Shown here: piece by piece, positions 39,840 to 46,549 of the stretch
How the letters are laid out: each line of letters begins with the position of its first letter
Position numbering within the stretch: the first letter of the stretch is position 1
IMG/VR virus record: IMGVR_UViG_3300045806_000013
Location: 7,044 to 71,043 of that record
Origin: a virus
Strand: one strand, 5' to 3'
DNA: 64,000 nt
Made by a program: the position numbers and the translations under genes
Notes under the pieces: model-generated
What the model was told of the DNA's origin: nothing
Seen by the model: the letters and a program-made list of their open reading frames with translations, nothing else
Database searches by the model: none

Positions 39840-40337
39840 ATGTCAGATTTTAATATCGATGAAGTAAAGGCATTTATTGTTGCCCAAAGTGAATCTACCA
39901 AAGTATATCTTGGTGCAGATTCAGAAAGACTACGCATTGATGGTGTCTGGTATGTTGACTACTCGTTGGCTGTAATTGTCCACATTGATGGGTGCCATGG
40001 TTGTAAGATTTTTGGATATGTTCAACGTGAATTGGATTATGATCATAAGAAATCTAAACCATCTATGCGTCTGATGTCGGAGGTATATAAAGTTTCTGAG
40101 TTATTCCAGAATATGCAGGATGTTCTGGAGGATAGACACGTTGAAATCCATATTGACATAAATCCAGATGAACGACATGGCTCGTCTTGTGTGGTGCAAC
40201 AAGCTATTGGATATATTAAGGGGACGTGTAACATGAAACCAATGGTGAAACCTAATGCTCCCGCAGCAAGCTTCGCAAGTGATAGGTTAAAAAGAATCTT
40301 ACATGAGCAGGACACTATTGAGAAAGTGACAACTTGA
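39840..40337 (+). CDS. RNase H-like YkuK/DUF458 family protein
   Basis: VYLGADS, RLMSEV, EIHIDIN, AASFASD. Confidence 0.75.
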   Translation: MSDFNIDEVKAFIVAQSESTKVYLGADSERLRIDGVWYVDYSLAVIVHIDGCHGCKIFGYVQRELDYDHKKSKPSMRLMSEVYKVSELFQNMQDVLEDRHVEIHIDINPDERHGSSCVVQQAIGYIKGTCNMKPMVKPNAPAASFASDRLKRILHEQDTIEKVTT

Positions 40338-40341
40338 ACCG

Positions 40342-40382
40342 CCTCCTATTGTGCAGATGTATAAATACTGTATAATAGGAGG
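40342..40382 (+). promoter_or_regulatory. RBS-sequestering hairpin with a late promoter in its loop
   Basis: cctcctattgtgcag-atg-TATAAATA-ctgtataataggagg, 15-bp stem. Confidence 0.8.
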
Positions 40383-40388
40383 TTGTAT

Positions 40389-40965
40389 ATGAACTACGTA
40401 AAGATATATAACGATTTAATAAACACTGCAGCCGGGAACGAATATGATGAGTACACTGAAAAACATCATATAATTCCAAAATGTCTGGGAGGTTCTAATA
40501 AGAAAGAGAATTTAATTGTCCTTTCATATAGAGAGCATTTCATATGCCATTGGTTATTGTGTAAGATATATCCGGATAAAAAAATATGGAATTGAGAATT
40601 TTGTAAAAGAGATTTTATTTGTTTATGATACACCTGAACCTATGTTTTTAAAAGAAGCAGAATTAGTAAATATAAATTTTCTAGCATGTGAAAATGTCTA
40701 TAATATTAAGATTGGTGGTTTCGGTGGGTTTGACTTTATAAACAAGTCAAGAACTACTGAAAGCAGGATAAAATCTGGAAAAATGGGCAGATTAAAGGGT
40801 GGTAAATCTTTTAGTAAAGATTATAATCCAAATATCGGATCAATCTATATTACAAATTCAATTTCTGATAAAAGAATAAAATCTGGAGAACCAATACCGG
40901 ATGGTTGGACTAGAGGTCGAACTAAAGGAGGTTGGAAAGCCAAAAAAATTTTGGAGAATAGTTAA
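40389..40965 (+). pseudogene. Chimeric or degraded homing endonuclease: HNH N-terminus joined out of frame to a GIY-YIG C-terminus
   Basis: EKHHIIPKC...REHFICHWLL (40389-40595), then KKYGIENF...YNIKIGG in another frame. Confidence 0.7.
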
Positions 40966-41164
40966 ATATTTTCCTCTAAGTTTTGTTATGATGTAGATAC
41001 TATGAAATCGACTGTAGGCATATGGTCAGAAAGGTCATTCGAGGCACTTTCGGAGCGTCACCAAGTAATAGTTATAACTACTTACCACTAACCCAGTGCA
41101 CTTAATTATATGGGTAAAATGGTTCCGAATGAGTGTGGCGGAACGATCATGACAAATTTATAAT

Positions 41165-41256
41165 GGGAGTAAGAATTGGTATTCAGAGAGGTCTTATAAG
41201 CCTTTTAGCGCCAGATTAGCGTTCTTGAGAAGGTTCGATTCCTTCTACTCCTACCA
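41165..41256 (+). tRNA. Atypical tRNA with TAT anticodon and long variable arm
   Basis: gggagta/tactcct acceptor, 4-bp/4-nt D arm, gaggt-CTTATAA-gcctt, canonical T arm, ACCA. Confidence 0.75.
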
Positions 41257-41306
41257 AATATCGCCCTGACATATGGCGTACAATGAGATAAGTAGTATGT
41301 TACCTT

Positions 41307-41380
41307 GCCTTTGTAGTATAGTGATATTACTCACCCTTGGTACGGGTGAAACAAGAGTTTGATTCTCTTCGAAGGCACCA
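41307..41380 (+). tRNA. tRNA-Thr(GGT)
   Basis: Loop TTGGTAC, CCA. Confidence 0.85.
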
Positions 41381-41459
41381 TTTATAAACACATTATTTAA
41401 TAAGGTGTAACCCGCGACACAACCGTATGGTAGTGGGTAGTGTGTTTTTAAATGTTTAT

Positions 41460-41535
41460 GCGTCTTTGGCAGTGATGGTTCATGCAGTGGTCTGAAAAGC
41501 CACCTATGTTGGTTCGATCCCAACAGGACGCACCA
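41460..41535 (+). tRNA. tRNA-Phe(GAA)
   Basis: Loop CTGAAAA, CCA. Confidence 0.88.
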
Positions 41536-41641
41536 AGTTAAGCAGAGCCTGACTGAAACGGGCATGGGAGAAGCTGGATGCTGGAAATGTATCAGGGGTT
41601 CGATTCCCACAGTCTCTTATTTCAGTCTGCTTATTAAATTA

Positions 41642-41715
41642 GCCCTTTTCGTATAGTGGCATTACATCTGTTTCGTAATCAGATTACGGCAGTTCAATTC
41701 TGTCAAAGGGCACCA
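41642..41715 (+). tRNA. tRNA-Thr(CGT)
   Basis: Loop TTCGTAA, CCA. Confidence 0.88.
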
Positions 41716-41719
41716 AAGG

Positions 41720-41917
41720 ATGAAAAAATATTCACTAAAGCTATTGACTTCGGGTAGGCAGGTATGGTACAATAACCGTCTACACACGATAGAACACAAC
41801 ATCGTTAGTGACGGTAAGTTATATGTGAGATTAGTTGATAATCCTAATTTGATACCAGAAGAAAATGTTGATTGTGAGTATACTGATATAGTTTTAGAAA
41901 GAATAACGGGGATATAG
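41720..41917 (+). CDS. Hypothetical protein
   Basis: ORF between tRNAs; stop codon lies inside the next tRNA. Confidence 0.5.
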   Translation: MKKYSLKLLTSGRQVWYNNRLHTIEHNIVSDGKLYVRLVDNPNLIPEENVDCEYTDIVLERITGI

Positions 41918-41985
41918 CAAAATTTGGTATTGCCACTGACTCTTAATCAGTAAAAAAGTGGATTCGATTTCCACTGTCCCCACCA
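41908..41985 (+). tRNA. tRNA-Lys(CTT)
   Basis: Loop CTCTTAA, CCA. Confidence 0.85.
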
Positions 41986-41991
41986 AGTTAA

Positions 41992-42161
41992 GGTTAGTTG
42001 CAAATGAACACTAGTAGTTACCTTTATACCCTGAACAAGTATATTGGAGTGAATGTAAGTAGTTGTGCAGACTGTTCAACCAAAGAGGTGTTAAACCCGT
42101 AGATTAAGTTCCTACGCTCTCGCTCAATGGATGTTGTAAATTCAAATTTACACTAACCACC
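41992..42161 (+). ncRNA. Putative ~170-nt structured RNA
   Basis: 5' ggttagt...aaatgaa pairs with 3' ttcaaattt...actaacc; ends in ACC. Confidence 0.45.
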
Positions 42162-42167
42162 GTTTTT

Positions 42168-42236
42168 AGGATAGGTTCTGCAAAACCAAAAGATCAACCA
42201 TAATGTTCTTGTCTTGATCGACAAAACTATCCTGTT
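42168..42236 (+). ncRNA. Y-RNA-like motif copy 3
   Basis: aggatag/ctatcct stem, GTTCTGCAA, 3' CTGTT; internal ttgtc/gacaa hairpin. Confidence 0.65.
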
Positions 42237-42243
42237 GTTTAAA

Positions 42244-42320
42244 GCCCTGGTGACGGAATAGGCATACGTGTTGGTCTTAGAAACCAAATTTTGGGGGTTC
42301 AAGTCCCCCCTAGGGCACCA
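42244..42320 (+). tRNA. tRNA-Leu(TAG), short variable loop
   Basis: Loop CTTAGAA, CCA. Confidence 0.88.
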
Positions 42321-42324
42321 ATTT

Positions 42325-42399
42325 ACCGCTATAGTTCAATGGATAGAATAGGGGTTTCCTAAACCTCGGGTGTAAGTTCGATTCTTACTGGTGGTACCA
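42325..42399 (+). tRNA. tRNA-Arg(CCT)
   Basis: Loop TTCCTAA, CCA. Confidence 0.9.
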
Positions 42400-42529
42400 A
42401 GTTTTGTAGTTAAGTCGGTTAGACTTTAGTAAAGGCGATGCGGAATGATCCCAAGGGTCACGTTAAATATCGAAGCGCATCTTAATGAAAATGTGTGCAG
42501 CCTACTACAAATTATTTTTAGAAAAAGCA

Positions 42530-42558
42530 TTGACAGACTACACTCAATTTGTTATAAT
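42530..42558 (+). promoter_or_regulatory. Sigma70 consensus promoter for the Y-like RNA/TROVE unit
   Basis: TTGACA-17bp-TATAAT with extended -10 TG. Confidence 0.85.
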
Positions 42559-42638
42559 AGCGACTTCTTAATTGATAAAGCAACAATTACCAAGTGAGGC
42601 TATCATGTAGTTAAAGAAAAGAATTTGTAGAGTTTTTA

Positions 42639-42920
42639 AGGATGAGTACAGCAGCATTAAATATACTGACTAAAAAAGGTGCCTGATACGGAGACCCCGA
42701 GTAATCGGTTATTTAAAGGGCTAGGTTGATAGTTTCCATAGTATGGATTGTGCCGAAACACCTATCTAGTACACATTACATGTGTTATGGTAATGAATTA
42801 TCTTTGCTGATAGATCAAGACATCTATCTGAGTTACAGTGAATCATACCCATCCGCAAGCTGGGGTCTACACTGAGGTTAGATAAACCAGTTCAATATAG
42901 TAACGATTGACCATCCTGTT
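42639..42920 (+). ncRNA. Y-RNA-like motif copy 4 (large, ~280 nt)
   Basis: aggatg/catcct stem, GTACAGCA, 3' TTGACCATCCTGTT; internal agacccc/ggggtct and gatagat/atctatc helices. Confidence 0.6.
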
Positions 42921-42936
42921 ATTTTTTTAGAGATTT

Positions 42937-43003
42937 AGAATCGGTTCAGCAAAAAAAAGCTTAATAGGCACCAAACTTGTAACTTGGAAAAAACGATTCT
43001 GTT
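42937..43003 (+). ncRNA. Y-RNA-like motif copy 5 with anticodon-stem-loop cargo (TGT)
   Basis: agaatcg/cgattct stem, GTTCAGCAA; ccaaa-CTTGTAA-cttgg. Confidence 0.65.
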
Positions 43004-43009
43004 GTATTG

Positions 43010-43121
43010 AGGTTAAGTTCCGCAAACATAAATTTATTACAATCCAAACAGCAAGTCCGGTTCGATTCCGGTTTATAGTGTAATGGTAGCACAGCAGTAA
43101 GTAAAAAAAGTTTAACCTGTT
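43010..43121 (+). ncRNA. Y-RNA-like motif copy 6 with T-arm then D-arm cargo
   Basis: aggttaa/ttaacct stem, GTTCCGCAA; ccgg-TTCGATT-ccgg then tagtgtaatggtagcac. Confidence 0.65.
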
Positions 43122-43143
43122 ATTTAATGAAAGAGAGTATATT

Positions 43144-44574
43144 ATGAACACATTTGTAAATGCCGTAGCAAACCAATCTACCCGTACCACCAATGGTATG
43201 AAGGCCCGTAAGTCCACTGCTAATGCAGTTGTTGACTTGTTCTACAATGCCGGTGCGTCCCGTGGTAAGGATATTGTTCCTGCTTTCACCGCAGCATTGG
43301 CAGAAAACCGCGAATTGGCACTTCGTGTTGTCGCATGGTTGCGTGATGTTCGTGGTGGTGCTGGTGAACGTAAGCTTTTCCGTGATATCTTGGTATATCT
43401 GGAAAAGAGTGATCCGGATGCTGCTAAGGCTCTGGTTGCTAAGGTGCCGGAAGTTGGTCGTTGGGATGACTTGTTCATCTTCAAGACTGATGCGCTGAAG
43501 AATGTTGCATACACTTTGTTGGGTGATGCTTTGCGTGAAAAGAATGGTCTTGCTGCAAAGTGGACTCCACGTCAAGGCCCAGTGGCCGCTGAAGTTCGTA
43601 AGTTCTTCGGTATGTCACCAAAGTTTTACCGTAAGTCTCTGGTCGAAATGACTAATGTGGTTGAACAAAATATGTGTGCAAAGGAATGGGATGAAATTAA
43701 TTTCTCACACGTTCCATCGGTTGCAGCTTCGCGTTACAAGAAGGCATTTAACCGTAACACCCCAGCTTATGCGGCTTATGTTGCATCGTTGGTGAAGGGT
43801 GGAGACCTAAAGGTTAAGGTTAATGCTGGTGCAGTGTATCCATATGATGTCCTAAAGGGTCAAATTGGTGGTTACAAGAGGGTTTGGGATAAGACTGAAT
43901 TGGATTTGATCCAAAAGCAATGGGAAGCTCTTCCTGACTATGTTGGTGAAGCAAGCATTCTGCCTTTGGTTGATTCGTCTGGTTCTATGTCATGTCCTGT
44001 TGGTGGATATGGTTCTAAGAGTGGTATGTCTTGTATGGATGTTGCAGTTTCGTTGGGGCTGTATCTCGCTGACAAGAACAAGGGTAAGTTCAAGGATACT
44101 TTCTTGACCTTCTCGAAGTCGCCAAGGTTGGTAACGCTCAATGGCAATATCAATCAAAAGATTAACCAAATGTGTACCGGTGAAGTGGCTAACACTAACC
44201 TGAATGCAGCATTGGATAAGATTTTGAAAGTAGCCAAGAATGGAAATGTTCCGACCGAAGAAATGCCAGCAATGCTGTTGATTCTTTCAGACATGCAATT
44301 CGACGGTACTGTCGATGGTCGTGATGACAGTGCAATGGAAATGATTGCACGTAAGTATAAGGACGCAGGTTACACCCTTCCAAAGGTTGTGTTCTGGAAC
44401 TTGAATGCTGCATATGGTAACGCACCAGTGAAGTTTGACAAGTCTGGTACTGCACTTGTATCTGGATTCTCTCCAGCAATCATTAAGCCTTTATTGGCGA
44501 ATGATTTGGACACTTTCACCCCAGAAAGTGTTATGTTGAAGACCATCATGGTTGACCGTTACAAAGTCCTGTAA
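43144..44574 (+). CDS. TROVE/Ro60-like protein with vWA domain (DUF2828-like)
   Basis: RDVRGGAGER helical N-domain, AAKWTPR, MIDAS VDSSGSM, LSDMQFD, VFWNL, VSGFSP. Confidence 0.8.
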   Translation: MNTFVNAVANQSTRTTNGMKARKSTANAVVDLFYNAGASRGKDIVPAFTAALAENRELALRVVAWLRDVRGGAGERKLFRDILVYLEKSDPDAAKALVAKVPEVGRWDDLFIFKTDALKNVAYTLLGDALREKNGLAAKWTPRQGPVAAEVRKFFGMSPKFYRKSLVEMTNVVEQNMCAKEWDEINFSHVPSVAASRYKKAFNRNTPAYAAYVASLVKGGDLKVKVNAGAVYPYDVLKGQIGGYKRVWDKTELDLIQKQWEALPDYVGEASILPLVDSSGSMSCPVGGYGSKSGMSCMDVAVSLGLYLADKNKGKFKDTFLTFSKSPRLVTLNGNINQKINQMCTGEVANTNLNAALDKILKVAKNGNVPTEEMPAMLLILSDMQFDGTVDGRDDSAMEMIARKYKDAGYTLPKVVFWNLNAAYGNAPVKFDKSGTALVSGFSPAIIKPLLANDLDTFTPESVMLKTIMVDRYKVL

Positions 44575-44580
44575 AGGCAA

Positions 44581-44607
44581 TTGGGGATTCGAAAGAGTCC
44601 TCATTTT
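44581..44607 (+). terminator. Terminator after the TROVE-like gene
   Basis: tggggattc-gaaa-gagtcctca followed by tttt. Confidence 0.65.
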
Positions 44608-44720
44608 GAAGGGTATTGTATTGTTGTTAACTCAACTTAACACAATAAAGATGCATCTGTGGTATAATACACTTCAAAATGATATAAATAAACACATTAG
44701 AATATTTTTCTGGAGTGTCT

Positions 44721-45221
44721 ATGGTTAGGAAAATAAAAGTCAGTGATGAACAAATAATTGAAGCATCATTAAATTCAAACTCAGCTACACAAGCCTCTGT
44801 AATGTTGGGTATAAAATATGATACTTATAAAGTTCATGCAACCAGGTTGGGTGTTTTCAAAACAAACAAATCTGGTATTGGTATAAATAAACTAAAAAAA
44901 GACGGTCGAGGTAAAATTAGTTTGACTGAAATACTGGAAGGAAAACATCCAAGTTATCAGACAAACAAATTAAGATTAAGATTATTATCCGAAAAAATTA
45001 AAGAGAGTAAATGTGAAATTTGTGGTATAAATGATTGGTTAGGAAAAAGAATTGCGTTAGAGCTTGACCATATTGACGGTAAGAACTATAATCACATATA
45101 TAGTAATTTGAGGATTGTGTGTCCAAATTGTCATGCACAGACAGACACATATAGAGGAAAGAATAAAAGCGGTAGTGGTGGAACGGTATACACACCGGGC
45201 TTAAAACCCGACGCACTATAA
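44721..45221 (+). CDS. HNH homing endonuclease
   Basis: CEIC, LELDHIDG, NLRIVCPNCH; TATAAATA at 44683. Confidence 0.88.
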   Translation: MVRKIKVSDEQIIEASLNSNSATQASVMLGIKYDTYKVHATRLGVFKTNKSGIGINKLKKDGRGKISLTEILEGKHPSYQTNKLRLRLLSEKIKESKCEICGINDWLGKRIALELDHIDGKNYNHIYSNLRIVCPNCHAQTDTYRGKNKSGSGGTVYTPGLKPDAL

Positions 45222-45255
45222 ATGCATATGGGTTCGAATCCCATCTACCGCACCA
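45169..45255 (+). tRNA. tRNA-Leu(TAA)
   Basis: Loop CTTAAAA, long variable arm, CCA; overlaps the HNH 3' end. Confidence 0.9.
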
Positions 45256-45279
45256 AATGGATATATAAATAAGAAATTA

Positions 45280-45353
45280 GCCCCATTAGTATAATGGCAT
45301 TATGACGGTTTTGTAATCCGTTGGTGGCAGTTCGATTCTGTCATGGGGCACCA
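45280..45353 (+). tRNA. tRNA-Thr(TGT)
   Basis: Loop TTTGTAA, CCA. Confidence 0.9.
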
Positions 45354-45358
45354 ATTAT

Positions 45359-45415
45359 AGCGGGTAGTGAAGCCAACAATCCAGTCTCATAAGCTCGGAT
45401 CAACGGGGGTGCGAC
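45359..45415 (+). pseudogene. Truncated tRNA-Met(CAT), missing the 3' T arm and acceptor strand
   Basis: agcgggt...ccagt-CTCATAA-gctcgg...gggggtgcgac, then unrelated sequence. Confidence 0.55.
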
Positions 45416-45464
45416 ATGTAAATCTAACTGTGTTGGAATTTTTGGTGCTGATCCAATCACTAGA

Positions 45465-45695
45465 TTGAAATATACTATTATTGGTCGCGCAGCAGCTTTA
45501 TCTGAAGAATCCAGGGAGAAAAGAAAAAGTACATTTAAAACTATATCACATCAAAAGGGTACGATAAATAGTCAATTCGGATCAATGTGGATAACCAATG
45601 GAGTCAATAATAGGAAAATAAAAAAAGATGATACAATCCCTGATGGATGGTACATCGGACGGTATATAAATAAGAACAATGCGGGATTAGTTTAA
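45465..45695 (+). pseudogene. C-terminal remnant of a Seg-like endonuclease
   Basis: NSQFGSMWITNG...IPDGWYIGR matches the C-terminus of 35016; no catalytic domain. Confidence 0.65.
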
Positions 45696-45754
45696 TGGTA
45701 AAATGTCTTCCTTCCAAGTAGATGTCATCGGTTCAATTCCGATATCCCGCTCCA
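45681..45754 (+). tRNA. tRNA-Gly(TCC)
   Basis: Loop CTTCCAA, U73, CCA. Confidence 0.9.
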
Positions 45755-45770
45755 AATTAAAGGCCACAAT

Positions 45771-46121
45771 ATGACACATTTAGTAAAATCACACAGCGTA
45801 ATCAACGGTACACTAGAGATCAAGAACCATTTTCTAGAATCCCTTGAGGAAGCAATTAAATTCCTAGAAAAGGAAGTTGCAGACTACTTCACAGTATTCG
45901 ATCCTGATGGAAATCTAGTGCACTCTACAGAACCGGCAGTTGACGCTGTTGAAGACCATCCTGCGCCACTGTCCACAGTTCAGTTGCAATCGTTAATGAC
46001 TTCTGATGTACAGGCACTGTCAACTACGCAAGTGGCGGCATTAACCACATCCCAGGCAGATGTTCTAGTGCCAGTTGATGTTACTGCTGTTGTTATTCCA
46101 ACTACAAACACCACAGTTTAA
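45771..46121 (+). CDS. Hypothetical protein with LSTTQVAAL-type repeats
   Basis: Four 8-residue L[SMT]Txxx repeats. Confidence 0.6.
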   Translation: MTHLVKSHSVINGTLEIKNHFLESLEEAIKFLEKEVADYFTVFDPDGNLVHSTEPAVDAVEDHPAPLSTVQLQSLMTSDVQALSTTQVAALTTSQADVLVPVDVTAVVIPTTNTTV

Positions 46122-46135
46122 ATTTAATAAACAAC

Positions 46136-46172
46136 ACCATACGTTAAAGCCGAAAGGTACGTATGGTTTTTT
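46136..46172 (+). terminator. Rho-independent terminator closing the RNA island
   Basis: accatacgt...acgtatggt followed by a T-run. Confidence 0.75.
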
Positions 46173-46184
46173 TACGTCTGTACC

Positions 46185-46213
46185 TTGACGAACACTAGGA
46201 AATAGTGTATAAT
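46185..46213 (+). promoter_or_regulatory. Sigma70-type promoter
   Basis: TTGACG-17bp-TATAAT. Confidence 0.8.
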
Positions 46214-46237
46214 TATACTTTTAATGATGGAGATATT

Positions 46238-46549
46238 ATGGAAGTTATTGCATTGAAATTGGTTACCGGCGAAGATGTTTTGGGTGAACTGGTTACCCGG
46301 TCTGAGACTGAAATCGTATTGGAAAATCCTGTGGGCATTGCAGTTGTTCGTGGTCAAAATGGACAACCAAACATCGGATTCTCTCCATTCCCCATCCACG
46401 CAGCACAGGTGAAAGATGCCATTGTTGTTCTTAAGTTGAAACATATTGTATATCAATACACCCCAGCAGAAGACTTCATTTCCAACTATAAGCAAATCTT
46501 TGGTGCTGGTATCATTGTACCGCAACAAAAACAAATCATCACTGGCTGA
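46238..46549 (+). CDS. Conserved T4-like hypothetical protein (Sm-like)
   Basis: LKLVTGEDV...YKQIFGAGIIVP; upstream of gp43. Confidence 0.65.
   Translation: MEVIALKLVTGEDVLGELVTRSETEIVLENPVGIAVVRGQNGQPNIGFSPFPIHAAQVKDAIVVLKLKHIVYQYTPAEDFISNYKQIFGAGIIVPQQKQIITG

Noticed and set aside
42440-42482. Pistol-ribozyme-like segment (hairpin followed by CACGTTAAATA)
   Set aside because: The required pseudoknot partner and remaining conserved core are not evident
36804-43121. Repeated motif read as a CRISPR array
   Set aside because: Copies are dispersed, conserve pairing rather than sequence, have interiors of about 40-260 nt, and no cas genes are present
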